In this document: in pieces, positions 49,960 through 59,519 of the stretch
Layout of the letters: each line of letters opens with the position of its first letter
Position numbering within the stretch: the stretch's first letter is position 1
DNA from: a bacterium
GTDB taxonomy: Bacteria > Patescibacteriota > Patescibacteriia > Patescibacteriales > XYC2-FULL-47-12
DNA: 64,000 bases
Assembly: GCA_030698385.1 (NCBI GenBank)
Contig: JAUYLZ010000008.1
Location: 1,430-65,429 of the forward strand
Direction of reading: 5' to 3'
Program-made: the position numbers and the translations under genes
Notes under the pieces: model-generated
Seen by the model: only the letters and a program-made list of their open reading frames with translations
What the model was told of the DNA's origin: nothing
The model's database searches: none

Positions 49960-50910
49960 ATGAATAAAAAAGTCATCATGATAACTATCGGACTGCTGGC
50001 GCTGGCGGCTGGCGGCTACGGTCTTAAAACCGGTCTGTTTTCACCTCAGCCGCTCATTCAGACTGACCAAAATTTACGGGACAACAATGTCAAAATTGTC
50101 ACCAGTTTTTATCCCTTAGCTGATTTTTCCAAAAATGTCGGGGGTAATCTGGTTACAGTCACAAACATCACGCCAGCCGGCGCCGAACCGCACGACTACG
50201 AGCCCACGCCTCAGGATATTGTCAAGGCATACGACGCCCAATTGTTTGTATTTAACGGCAACGGCGTGGATACCTGGGCGGAAAAAATCCAAAATGACTT
50301 GGAAAAAAAAGGCGTAACGGCGCTCAAAATGTCTGATCATATCAACTCCCTAAAAAATGATGCCGACAACAAAGAAAACCCGGGGTATGATCCCCATTTC
50401 TGGCTTAACCCGGCGAACGCGGCCAAAGAAGCGGAGGTAATCGCCGCCGCTTTAACTACGATTGATCCCGCGCACGCGGCAGAGTATCAACAAAACAGTG
50501 ACGACTATCAAGCCAAACTGGCCGGTCTGGACCAGGCGTACCAAAACGGCCTGGCTGACTGCTCGTACAATGAAATTGTCACCTCGCATAACGCTTTTAA
50601 TTATTTAGCCAACCGATACGGCTTACGGACATTCCACATTTTGGGGCTTTCGCCGGATGAAGAACCCAGCCCGCAAGTTATCGCCGCGGTTGCCGACATC
50701 GCCCGGCAAAAAAACATCAAATATATTTTTTTTGAAAGTCTGGTCAGTCCCAAACTCTCCCAAACCATCGCGAATGAAATCGGCGCCCAGACCATGGAAC
50801 TTAATCCAATTGAAGGCCTCACCGACGCAGAAATTGCCCAAGGCGAAGACTACATCGGTAAAATGGAGGCAAACTTAACTAATTTAAGAATCGCCCTGCA
50901 ATGCCGATAA
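49960..50910 (+). CDS. znuA: Zinc/manganese ABC transporter substrate-binding protein
   Basis: TroA-like cluster-9 SBP with an N-terminal anchor. Confidence 0.85.
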   Translation: MNKKVIMITIGLLALAAGGYGLKTGLFSPQPLIQTDQNLRDNNVKIVTSFYPLADFSKNVGGNLVTVTNITPAGAEPHDYEPTPQDIVKAYDAQLFVFNGNGVDTWAEKIQNDLEKKGVTALKMSDHINSLKNDADNKENPGYDPHFWLNPANAAKEAEVIAAALTTIDPAHAAEYQQNSDDYQAKLAGLDQAYQNGLADCSYNEIVTSHNAFNYLANRYGLRTFHILGLSPDEEPSPQVIAAVADIARQKNIKYIFFESLVSPKLSQTIANEIGAQTMELNPIEGLTDAEIAQGEDYIGKMEANLTNLRIALQCR

Positions 50911-51656
50911 AACAGCCTATCATTGAAGTAAAAAATCTTAATTTTGCCTACAACGGCAATGTTATTTTAGAACAGGTGAGCTTTCGCGTTGAACCGGGAG
51001 ATTATGTTGGTATCGTTGGGCCAAACGGCGGCGGCAAAACCACCTTGCTGAAAATTTTGGCCGGCCTGCTGCAGCCGCAAAGCGGCAGCGTCATCATCAA
51101 CGGCGCTCCTCTTCGTGACGGTAAAACAAAATTAAAAGTAGGATATGTCCCGCAGAGAGTGGCGCAGGATAACTCTTCATTTCCGGCAACGGTCTATGAA
51201 GTAGTGGAAAGCGGTCTGACACCAGCTCTGGGTCTGTTTGGCCGTTTTAGTCAAAGTGATCGGCAGGCGATAGAACGGGCTTTAAAAATCGCGGGGATTG
51301 GGGATTTGCGAGACAAACTCATGAGCACCTTGTCCGGCGGCCAGCGCCAACGAGCCTATGTTGCCCGCGCGCTGGCGGCGGAACCGGCTATTTTGCTTTT
51401 AGACGAACCCTTTGTGGGAGTAGACTTGTACGCGCAACGGGATTTTTTCGCCTTTCTGAAAACACTGAACAAAAAACAGCGCCTGACCATCCTGCTTGTT
51501 TCCCATGATGTGGACATGATTGCCACCGAGGTAAAATCAGTAATCTGTCTCAACCATGGTTTGCTGTGCTTCGGCCGTCCCAAAATTTTGCGCGCGGACG
51601 GCGTAATGAACAGTTTGTACGGCAAAAAAATAACACACCTTCACCACATACATTAA
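50901..51656 (+). CDS. znuC: Zinc ABC transporter ATPase
   Basis: Has Walker A GPNGGGKTT, LSGGQRQR and LLLDEP. Confidence 0.85.
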   Translation: MPIKQPIIEVKNLNFAYNGNVILEQVSFRVEPGDYVGIVGPNGGGKTTLLKILAGLLQPQSGSVIINGAPLRDGKTKLKVGYVPQRVAQDNSSFPATVYEVVESGLTPALGLFGRFSQSDRQAIERALKIAGIGDLRDKLMSTLSGGQRQRAYVARALAAEPAILLLDEPFVGVDLYAQRDFFAFLKTLNKKQRLTILLVSHDVDMIATEVKSVICLNHGLLCFGRPKILRADGVMNSLYGKKITHLHHIH

Positions 51657-51660
51657 TACT

Positions 51661-52461
51661 ATGCTTGAAATTTTTCACTACAACTTTATGGTGCGAGCGT
51701 TTGTCGCCGGCATTATTATCGCCGTGCTGGCTCCGGTCATCGGCATTTTTTTGGTAGTCAGGCGATACTCGCTCCTGGCCGACACCCTCTCGCACGTTTC
51801 ACTGGTCGGCGTGGCCGCGGGAATATTTTTTAATATTAATCCCGTGCTGGGCGCCTTGGTCGTTTCCAGCCTGGCGGTTTTTGGCATGGAGAAACTGCGC
51901 GCGAAAAAAAAACTGTTCGGCGAATCCGTTCTGGCGCTGTTCCTCTCCGGCAGTCTGGCCATTGCTCTGATAATTTTAGGCCTTTCCCATGGCCTCAACG
52001 TCAATATTTTCAGCTACCTATTCGGCAGTATCACCACGGTGAACAGCGGCGATCTCTGGCTGATCAGCGGATTCGGATTAGTGGTGCTGGCCGTAACCAG
52101 CCTGCTGTTTAAAAAATTTTTTCTGGTTTCCTACGATGAGGAGCTGGCCCAAGCCAACGGTCTGCCGGTTAGCGCGTTAAACATCACCATGATGCTGCTC
52201 GCGGCCGTCACGATTTCTTTGAGCATGCAGGTGGTGGGGATTTTGCTGATTGGCGCGCTCATGGTTATTCCGGTGCTAACCGCCGCCCAGCTGAGCGGCA
52301 GTTTTTCTCAAACATTGCGGTTGGCCATTATTTTTTCTCTGTTGGCAGTCATCGCCGGATTATTTTTGGCTTTTTATCTAAACCTGCCCAGCGGCGGGGC
52401 GATTGTCGCTGTGGCCTTACTGCTGTTTGGCGCGAGTTTGCTAAAAAATAAAAGATATTAA
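51661..52461 (+). CDS. znuB: Zinc ABC transporter permease
   Basis: About 8 TM helices of the ABC-3 family. Confidence 0.85.
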   Translation: MLEIFHYNFMVRAFVAGIIIAVLAPVIGIFLVVRRYSLLADTLSHVSLVGVAAGIFFNINPVLGALVVSSLAVFGMEKLRAKKKLFGESVLALFLSGSLAIALIILGLSHGLNVNIFSYLFGSITTVNSGDLWLISGFGLVVLAVTSLLFKKFFLVSYDEELAQANGLPVSALNITMMLLAAVTISLSMQVVGILLIGALMVIPVLTAAQLSGSFSQTLRLAIIFSLLAVIAGLFLAFYLNLPSGGAIVAVALLLFGASLLKNKRY

Positions 52462-52579
52462 AGTCGTCAGCATATAAGTTCTATTAGCTAAACAAATCTG
52501 GCAAAAGCAACCCCAATCTGCTCAATAAAAAAAACGACTCGCTCAAGAGTCATTTTTTATTTAGTCCTAAAACAAAATC

Positions 52580-53689
52580 CTATCCGAAAGTAAAGGTAAA
52601 TGCCCGCAGGCCGGGGCCAACCGCTTCAATTTCTAAAACATGCTCGCCATAAACAGCGTCTTCTACCAGTCTGTACAAATCCTCTTCAACTACCGTTACC
52701 GTGCCGTCGCTAGCTACACTGCTCCCTCGCGCCGCGCCCAAACTCTGTCCGTCACGAGTTATTTTTAACTGAACCTTGGTCTCGGAACCAGCCACAAAAA
52801 ATACTTTTTGCCCGCGATAACGCAAAGTAATTTTCGCTCCCGCGGCCTGGCTCTCGGAATATTCTGGAGTAATATTCCAGTGACCAGTCAGATAAAATTC
52901 GTCTAGCTGCGGCTGTCCGTCTTCAGATAAATTTATTGCTCCGCTCTGATTAATCTTGGAATTGCCAAGGTGTTCATTGCGCTTGGAGCCAAAATATATC
53001 TCCGGCGTGCGCGCCTGATTGCTGGCAACGGTCTCGGCTCCGACTGGTTTTACCATATCCTTAACAATGTTTTTTTCTTCTCCCAGGCGCTGGCTGCGCT
53101 CTGTCAGCAGCTCCTGAATTTTTCCCTCCGTTTCATCATAAGCACCCTCGCCGATATGGTCATAAACAATATAGCCATCAATATCGATTAAATACTTGCG
53201 CGGCCAATAGCGGTTGCCATAAGCGCGCCAAGTGGCGTAGTCATTATCCAAGACCACCGGGTAAGCAATGTCGTACTTATCAACCGCGGCTTGAACATTA
53301 GCAAGCTTTTTCTCAAACTCAAACTCAGGCGTGTGCACACCGATTATGGTCAAACCCATATCGCCGTACTTTTCCTGCCAGGCGTTCAAATACGGCAAAG
53401 TGCGCTGGCAATTAATGCATGAGTATGTCCAAAAATCAACCAAAATCACTTGTTTGCCAATCAAGCCGCTAACTTTTAGAGTGTCAGTATTGATAAAACC
53501 GGCCGGAGAAACAATCTCCTTAGCTTTCGGAAATTTTTTTTCTTTCATAGAAGTATTATTATTGGTTGGTAAAGTAATATCGGCCAAGCTATCGCCGCCA
53601 ATACCAACGTCAGTTTTTTGATCTTCCAAATACCAAATGACAACAATAATTACGGCTATTACCGCGACTGCTAGAATTTTTTTGTACAT
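52580..53689 (-). CDS. Membrane-anchored thioredoxin-fold protein with C-terminal beta-sandwich (DipZ C-terminal-like)
   Basis: Contains LVDFWTYSCINCQRTLPYLNAW (CxxC). Confidence 0.7.
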   Translation of the reverse strand: MYKKILAVAVIAVIIVVIWYLEDQKTDVGIGGDSLADITLPTNNNTSMKEKKFPKAKEIVSPAGFINTDTLKVSGLIGKQVILVDFWTYSCINCQRTLPYLNAWQEKYGDMGLTIIGVHTPEFEFEKKLANVQAAVDKYDIAYPVVLDNDYATWRAYGNRYWPRKYLIDIDGYIVYDHIGEGAYDETEGKIQELLTERSQRLGEEKNIVKDMVKPVGAETVASNQARTPEIYFGSKRNEHLGNSKINQSGAINLSEDGQPQLDEFYLTGHWNITPEYSESQAAGAKITLRYRGQKVFFVAGSETKVQLKITRDGQSLGAARGSSVASDGTVTVVEEDLYRLVEDAVYGEHVLEIEAVGPGLRAFTFTFG

Positions 53690-53693
53690 AAAG

Positions 53694-54443
53694 TTACTGT
53701 AGTAAAATTTTGTTTAAGAGTTCAAAATTGGCCAAACGATTCAAGTTTTGCGTAAATATCAAAATACCAAGCACAATTAAAATCGCGCCAAAGGTAATAT
53801 TAACATACTTCAGGTAAGCGACTATCTTGCCGATTAACTTCCCAGCCTGCGCCGCGAATAGACCAATGAGCAAAAACGGCGCGCCCAAACCAAGTGCGTA
53901 AGACATCAAAAGCGTAAAAGCGGCGCCGGGTTGTGAGGCCGCCAAACCCAGAATCGCCCCCAAAGCCGCGCCCACGCAAGGCGTCCAGCCGGCGGCAAAG
54001 GCGGCGCCGAAGACAAATGAAGTGGCATAACGTGAATGAAACTTTACTTTGACTAAAAACTTATGATCACGGTCTAAAAAAGGAATGTGAATTAGTTTGG
54101 TCAGGTACAGACCAAAAATAATAATGACCACACCGCCAAGGCGCGACAGCCAAATCTGCGCGTCATAAGCCACGCTTTCCAAAAGCGTATTAAGCAACAC
54201 GCCCAAAATCGCAAAAATCACTGAAAACCCCAACACGAAAAAAACCGAACTTAAAAAAATCTGCAGACGCGACGGCGGAGTTATTGCCGGCGGCAAGCCA
54301 GATTGAACGTTGTTTGTCTTGTCGGCCGGTGACGATGATCCGGCCAGATAACTCAAAAATCCCGGGATAATCGGCAGAACGCAGGGCGAAAGAAATGAAA
54401 CGACGCCAGCCACAAAGGCAATGCCTAAAGATAATCCTCCCAT
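53694..54443 (-). CDS. ccdA: CcdA/DsbD-family thiol-disulfide electron transporter
   Basis: Six TM helices with two conserved Cys (LSPCVLP, WTPCVG). Confidence 0.85.
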   Translation of the reverse strand: MGGLSLGIAFVAGVVSFLSPCVLPIIPGFLSYLAGSSSPADKTNNVQSGLPPAITPPSRLQIFLSSVFFVLGFSVIFAILGVLLNTLLESVAYDAQIWLSRLGGVVIIIFGLYLTKLIHIPFLDRDHKFLVKVKFHSRYATSFVFGAAFAAGWTPCVGAALGAILGLAASQPGAAFTLLMSYALGLGAPFLLIGLFAAQAGKLIGKIVAYLKYVNITFGAILIVLGILIFTQNLNRLANFELLNKILLQ

Positions 54444-54462
54444 ATTTTTTTAATTAAATAAG

Positions 54463-55113
54463 TTAAAGATTTTTGGCAATTTCACTTAAGTAACGAGACT
54501 TGTCCCAGGTCTCGGGCGATTTGAGAGCGCGCTCGCCGTCTTTGACAAAAACCTTGGTATGCTGATAAGCAATACCGAACTCGCGCGCGAGCGCTTCTTC
54601 ATTACCATCCGTATCGTTGTCGTTAAAGTTAACGCGGAAACCAACTACCTTGTCATTATTTAGTTCGTTAAACGCCGGATATAAAGCATCGGCTGTTTCG
54701 GCCTTGCAAATCGGACACCAGCTGGCGTAAAAATAAAGCACGACCAGTTTACCTGACTTTAGCGCGGCCTCATAATCCGCCTGGTTAAAATCATAAAGTT
54801 TGGCTGTATTGCCGGCCAAAACCGCGCCAGTGTAGGCTTGTTTATCATCCATCATGGCGCCCGCGTCATCTTTGATTATGGAATTATCTTCTATTATCAC
54901 TTCTTCATCGCCTTTTATTATCTCACCGGTTTCATCGGCCATCATCGCGTCTTCGTCAGCTTTGATTATGATATCTTCATAACCGTCTTCGGCCATCATC
55001 GTGCCATCTGGTTTATTAGCGTCTGTTAATTCGTTGGTTATTTGCTGACAGCCAGCTCCCATTATCAAAATCGTACCCAGTGCCAAAAAAGTTGTTACTA
55101 AATATTTTTTCAT
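54463..55113 (-). CDS. Thioredoxin-like lipoprotein
   Basis: Has the lipobox MGAGC and the WCPIC motif. Confidence 0.75.
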   Translation of the reverse strand: MKKYLVTTFLALGTILIMGAGCQQITNELTDANKPDGTMMAEDGYEDIIIKADEDAMMADETGEIIKGDEEVIIEDNSIIKDDAGAMMDDKQAYTGAVLAGNTAKLYDFNQADYEAALKSGKLVVLYFYASWCPICKAETADALYPAFNELNNDKVVGFRVNFNDNDTDGNEEALAREFGIAYQHTKVFVKDGERALKSPETWDKSRYLSEIAKNL

Positions 55114-55218
55114 AAAATTTTTACTTTAATAAATAAAAAGTTGGCCAGATACTAACTATTATATATATTCAAATAGTTAATGTCAAGTCAACTTTACATA
55201 AAAATTGTGGATAAAAAT

Positions 55219-55572
55219 TTAATGCTTCAATCTTCCGTAAAGCAGTCCGCTGACTTTGGCCAGAATCATCCCTCCCAAAGCGATGATTAACCAAATGTCT
55301 ATCTGCGAATTTATATCCTCAATAATTACGGCGACAACCAAGATGCCGACGCCAACCAAAAAGGCAAAACGCCCGGCCATGAGCTTATGCAAATTTTCCC
55401 GCTCGTCATTGCTTTTTTCCCGCCAGATAAAAGCGGCAAATACGCCAAATATTACCAAAAGCGAAATTAAAAGCGTGTAGGTAAGCATGCTGGGCATCCA
55501 GAAATGAAACGGGTTTAAAATAATAATTAATAAAGCTATAAACATGATTGATAGGCTGACCTCTTGTTTCAT
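55219..55572 (-). CDS. Small membrane protein paired with an XRE regulator (DUF2178-like)
   Basis: I start at MKQEVSL, 4 nt after the stop of the HTH gene. It has 4 TM helices. The longer tracked ORF overlaps the HTH gene out of frame. Confidence 0.55.
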   Translation of the reverse strand: MKQEVSLSIMFIALLIIILNPFHFWMPSMLTYTLLISLLVIFGVFAAFIWREKSNDERENLHKLMAGRFAFLVGVGILVVAVIIEDINSQIDIWLIIALGGMILAKVSGLLYGRLKH

Positions 55573-55576
55573 ATAT

Positions 55577-55786
55577 TTACTTAGTAATTTGAAAAATTTC
55601 TTCAACCGGCTTTTTGAAGTATTGCGCGATTTGCAGAGCCAATAAAACTGAAGGAGTGTAATTTCCTTTTTCAATGGCAATAATCGTCTGGCGGGTAACG
55701 CCAATCGCGTCAGCAAAATCCTGCTGAGTTACGCCGCGCTCACTGCGCAGGGTGTACACATTATTTTTAATAATTTTTTCTTTCAT
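55577..55786 (-). CDS. XRE-family HTH transcriptional regulator
   Basis: Contains LRSERGVTQQDFADAIGVTRQTIIAIEKG. Confidence 0.8.
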   Translation of the reverse strand: MKEKIIKNNVYTLRSERGVTQQDFADAIGVTRQTIIAIEKGNYTPSVLLALQIAQYFKKPVEEIFQITK

Positions 55787-55934
55787 GAAAAATATTTTTA
55801 ATCTCAATTTTTATCCTGAGTGATTTCTGCTTTTTTGTCAAAAAAAAATCAACCTGCTCTAATTATACTTCTTTTTTGGTAAATAAAAAAATCGCGAGCG
55901 CAAAACTCGCGGATTTATCATAATCATTCTGCAT

Positions 55935-56504
55935 TTATATTACCCCTCTAGCCATCAGCTCAAAAAAACACTTGGCGCACGCTCTGACATCCGCCAGCGC
56001 GTCGTGCGCGCCGTCAAAACTTTCATCAAATAACTTCTGATGCAACTCCATAAGCTTGGGCCACTTGTAGCCATAGTAACCTTCGATGCCGCAGTAGTCG
56101 GTTGACTCCTGCATCGTGCACACTCTTGGCAATGTAAAAAAATTATTCTGAATAGCCTGGCGCGCGAATTCAGCTCCCATGATTTTTTCATCAAAGCGAA
56201 TATTGTGCGCCACGAGCACTTTGGCTGCCGCCAGCGCCTGCCCAAACTCCGTCAGCGCTTCTGCCAAATCAACTCCTTCGGCGAGCGCGCGCTCGGTCGT
56301 AATGCCGTGCACGTTTGAGGCTTCTTCTGGAATTATAAAGCCATCCGGCCTGATAATAAAATTATTGCCCGAAACTTCCTTGCCATTTTCATCGCTGACC
56401 AGCCACGCGAGCTGAACCAGCCGCGGCCAGTTGTCCACGTCTTCAACCGGCGCCTGCCAGTCGCGGGGCAGGCCGGTGGTTTCAGTATCAAAGAATAAAA
56501 ACAT
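55935..56504 (-). CDS. DEDDh 3'-5' exonuclease (DnaQ-like)
   Basis: Has Exo I FFDTETTG, Exo II HNIRFD and Exo III HDALADV. I start at M49 of the tracked ORF. Confidence 0.8.
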   Translation of the reverse strand: MFLFFDTETTGLPRDWQAPVEDVDNWPRLVQLAWLVSDENGKEVSGNNFIIRPDGFIIPEEASNVHGITTERALAEGVDLAEALTEFGQALAAAKVLVAHNIRFDEKIMGAEFARQAIQNNFFTLPRVCTMQESTDYCGIEGYYGYKWPKLMELHQKLFDESFDGAHDALADVRACAKCFFELMARGVI

Positions 56505-56672
56505 AAAAACAATGGTTACTTTTTTGTACGGTCTTCCCGCGCGCCCATAATCACCGCGCCGATGACCAAAAGACACACAACGATAATAATTCCTAACCAC
56601 ATCATAAATTTTATCTTTTAAATAAACTTGGCATTTGCATACAATCACAGTATAGCACTATCTTCACCAAAT

Positions 56673-56701
56673 AAAAAACCGCCCCGCAGACTGCGGGACG
56701 G
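56673..56701 (-). terminator. Intrinsic terminator after mrr
   Basis: ccgtcccgcagtctgcggggcgg followed by a T-run on the minus strand. Confidence 0.65.
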
Positions 56702-56784
56702 AGAAGGCGGAGAGGACTACCTTTTTATATTCGTGGGTGGCTATGTGAAACGAAAAAATGCTATTAGGTAATTTTACCTACTAT

Positions 56785-57684
56785 CTATCCTTCTTCAAAA
56801 AAATCATTATCCAATTCTTTCACTTCATACCTTGTCTTTACCTGCACACCGACATTGTATTTAACCATGAGATCGGCTAATTCTTCTCCATTAATTAAAA
56901 TAATTTTATGATTATGATCATTTTTTGCTTTATCTACTGCTGATTGGTCAAATTTAGAAGTTGCGACAAAAATTCCCTTACTAACATCACCACTCATAGC
57001 GCCAATAAAATTTCTAATTGCTGGCTCCCGAACAATACTATGATCCGCATAACGCTTCGCCTGAATATAAATTTTTTCTAATCCCAATTTATCTTGACTG
57101 ATGATGCCATCCACTCCGCCATCTCCTGATTTCGGCGTCTCCTGAAAATCACCGTAACCCATCGCTTGAAATAAAATCAAGACTACTTTTTCAAAAAAAT
57201 AAGGATTGGAATTATGTAGCTTTTCTAACAAATCACTCTTGAGCGTGTCTTGTATATCCTGAAAACCGATGTCAATCATGTCTTGTGGTGAAAATTTTGT
57301 TGCCACTGACTTACCAATCTCTTCTTTAGTTTTATCGCGTCCTCCCGCCTGAAATGCAATAAATGAGGGGTATTTTGCCAGAAATTCAACTGTTATGCTA
57401 TCCAAATTTTGTGCTAACACATTAAGTCCTTCTTTTGTAATTTTAACCTTCCCTCTTTCCGGTTGTTCTACTAAGCCGGCTTTTTTCAAATAAGTTCTGC
57501 CCCAGCCGACACGATCAAAAAATCTGCTGTATCCATTTGAGACAGTTTCTTTCTTTTCATCTTCCGTTAAATTAAAATATTTTTCTTGTACCTCATCTGA
57601 AAGTCCCTGCATCGTTCTAACTTTTTCGTCTTGCAAGACTTTTAAAATCGGTAACATTGTCTCGTCAAATTTTGGGATTGACAT
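56785..57684 (-). CDS. mrr: Mrr-family modification-dependent restriction endonuclease
   Basis: Has the Mrr_N winged helix (MLPILKVL…) and the Mrr_cat PD-(D/E)xK domain (GDGGVDGI…IYIQAKRY). Confidence 0.85.
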   Translation of the reverse strand: MSIPKFDETMLPILKVLQDEKVRTMQGLSDEVQEKYFNLTEDEKKETVSNGYSRFFDRVGWGRTYLKKAGLVEQPERGKVKITKEGLNVLAQNLDSITVEFLAKYPSFIAFQAGGRDKTKEEIGKSVATKFSPQDMIDIGFQDIQDTLKSDLLEKLHNSNPYFFEKVVLILFQAMGYGDFQETPKSGDGGVDGIISQDKLGLEKIYIQAKRYADHSIVREPAIRNFIGAMSGDVSKGIFVATSKFDQSAVDKAKNDHNHKIILINGEELADLMVKYNVGVQVKTRYEVKELDNDFFEEG

Positions 57685-57878
57685 AAAAACTTATTTAATA
57701 AGCAGTTCCAATTAAATTCCTATAATCATTTGATAAAAAATATACTTAATAAAATGACTAAAATTAGCAATTTTATTGTATTGACTATAAAAGCCTTTAA
57801 AAAGTTGCTGAATCCCCCTACATCCTCCTCCCGCCACGCCCTCGCTTGGACGGACGTAATTTTTGGCGGCGGGTATTA

Positions 57879-58505
57879 TTAAAAATTCTTCTCTCGTATA
57901 AAAAATCCTCTCGTACTCTTCATTGCTCGCTTGAAAAATTTATAGACAGATTTGATAAAGACTGCAATTTTACTCCACAATGTTTTGTGATTTTTATATT
58001 TTAGGAAATTGATAAAATTTTTACTATTGATTTCCTTTAAGTGGCGATTTATTTCGTCTTTTTCCCAAGATGCAACAAAAGATATTTTCTTAACTGATTC
58101 ACATCCGAAACAGAATTCAAGTGACCCAGCAGTTGACAATTTTTCTTTTGGAATTTCAAAATACAAAATTTCCATTATACTTTCCGGAACAAATTTCACT
58201 TCGTCTTTGGTATAACCAGCTAGATATGATCCGCCTCCAAGATTTGAATTTTTTACATGAAAATTTGTTTGTTCGTCCCAGCTAGGTGCAAATTTTGTAC
58301 TAGCTATTCCGATAAAAGCAGAAAACCAAACTTTGTTTATAATTGAATGGTAATTGTTTTTTAATACAACCGAAAAAATAATTTTATTTTGATCGCCTTG
58401 TTCGCGGATTACAAAAAAATACCTCAAATCTCCTTTCGATTCGGACTTTTTTGTATCTTTCCTAAAATTAAAGTTAGTATTTACGGTAAAAATGCTTGGA
58501 TTCAT
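57879..58505 (-). CDS. Hypothetical protein (AT-rich; beta-rich N-terminal region and basic amphipathic C-terminus)
   Basis: An ORF with no recognisable motif. Its composition is visibly more AT-rich than its neighbours. Confidence 0.5.
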   Translation of the reverse strand: MNPSIFTVNTNFNFRKDTKKSESKGDLRYFFVIREQGDQNKIIFSVVLKNNYHSIINKVWFSAFIGIASTKFAPSWDEQTNFHVKNSNLGGGSYLAGYTKDEVKFVPESIMEILYFEIPKEKLSTAGSLEFCFGCESVKKISFVASWEKDEINRHLKEINSKNFINFLKYKNHKTLWSKIAVFIKSVYKFFKRAMKSTRGFFIREKNF

Positions 58506-58532
58506 AATTAACTTGCTATCTCAAAAATTTTA

Positions 58533-58712
58533 TTATAATAACTTGTGTAGCACTGCACCAGTAGCACATTGTATTGACCGCTCAATATCATTCCACAAAC
58601 CTTCGTCATTTTCAATCATACTCAAAATGTCTTTTACTTGTTGGTCTGTAAGTTTGACCCTTGACTTACGCCGAACTTCATCAGCGGTTATGATAAAGCG
58701 TGCTTCACGCAT
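58533..58712 (-). CDS. Hypothetical 59-aa protein (not in the ORF track)
   Basis: My translation is MREARFIITADEVRRKSRVKLTDQQVKDILSMIENDEGLWNDIERSIQCATGAVLHKLL. Its ATG lies 5 nt after the DpnI-like stop, and it ends 27 nt before the next gene. Confidence 0.5.
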   Translation of the reverse strand: MREARFIITADEVRRKSRVKLTDQQVKDILSMIENDEGLWNDIERSIQCATGAVLHKLL

Positions 58713-58717
58713 ATATA

Positions 58718-59488
58718 TTACATTAATTGATACGACCCGCGCGCCACAAAATCAAGATAGCCCTTGTCACGCAAGATCTGTAACTGCTGGCGGATTTTAT
58801 CTTTGATGTGTTTATTCTCGGGATGCAATTTTTGCAACTCACCAACAAAAGCGTAGAGGTCGCTTAAAGTAAACTCTCGTTTGCCAAGCCTCTCAACACA
58901 GCGCATGGTATCCAGCAACCAGCCCTTGGCGGTGGCTTCTTTTTCTTCGCGCAAAAAAAGCGTCTTTTGCCAGGTGGCGAGCACCTTGTCCTTTGGCTCA
59001 ACCTGTTGGTTTTTAACAAAAAATATTTTGCCGGTCTGCGGTATGCTCTCAAGGATGATGTTACAGCCCACCCAACCGGCGCGACGGGCGGTCGGCGCGA
59101 GCGGCTTGCGTTGTTCAATAATTTCGGGAACAAAAAAATGTTTCGGTATGACCAAAAAGTTCAGTACGGCCAGGCTCTGCCAATCGTAGCTCAGTAAAAA
59201 CAGGTTTGGGTTATGAGCGCTCTGCAAACGCTCAAGCATAGTGCGGTACGCGCCGTCAACAACTTTTGCGCCGATACCGCCGCGTTTGCTTTTGAGTTCG
59301 TAATCTTCGCTGCAATTTGAGCAGAAAAAATCAGCGACGGGCTGATTATTTGGATACTGATCAATATCAAGATGCCCGCAGTTTGGGCAAAAGACAACGC
59401 TGTCAACCCAGTGCTCGGTCAAAACCCGCGCCTGTTGCGCGGCGTTTTTGTAGTTGTCAGCCAGTTTTTTTTCAAAGTGTAACTCCAT
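58718..59488 (-). CDS. DpnI-like methyl-directed (GmATC) type IIM restriction endonuclease
   Basis: Collinear with my recollection of DpnI. Shared blocks are MELHF…, CPNCG…, PVADFFCSNC…ELKSK, APTARRAGWVGCNI and IKDKIRQQLQILRDKG. Confidence 0.85.
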   Translation of the reverse strand: MELHFEKKLADNYKNAAQQARVLTEHWVDSVVFCPNCGHLDIDQYPNNQPVADFFCSNCSEDYELKSKRGGIGAKVVDGAYRTMLERLQSAHNPNLFLLSYDWQSLAVLNFLVIPKHFFVPEIIEQRKPLAPTARRAGWVGCNIILESIPQTGKIFFVKNQQVEPKDKVLATWQKTLFLREEKEATAKGWLLDTMRCVERLGKREFTLSDLYAFVGELQKLHPENKHIKDKIRQQLQILRDKGYLDFVARGSYQLM

Positions 59489-59519
59489 AGTTTTCTCTTT
59501 TTATCTTCGCACTTTCCTT

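Noticed and set aside
55573-56648. N-terminal extensions of tracked ORFs 55219-55716 and 55935-56648 (also 666-1730, 2155-3138 and 62413-63666)
   Set aside because: The extensions run through an upstream gene, repeat elements or terminators and lack any family signal. Internal Met codons with better context (for example MFLFFDTETTG and MKQEVSL) were used as starts instead.
58492-58806. 104-aa plus-strand ORF between the 208-aa gene and the DpnI-like gene
   Set aside because: It overlaps the ends of two minus-strand genes. It is better explained by the minus-strand 59-aa ORF (58533-58712), which fits the operon spacing.
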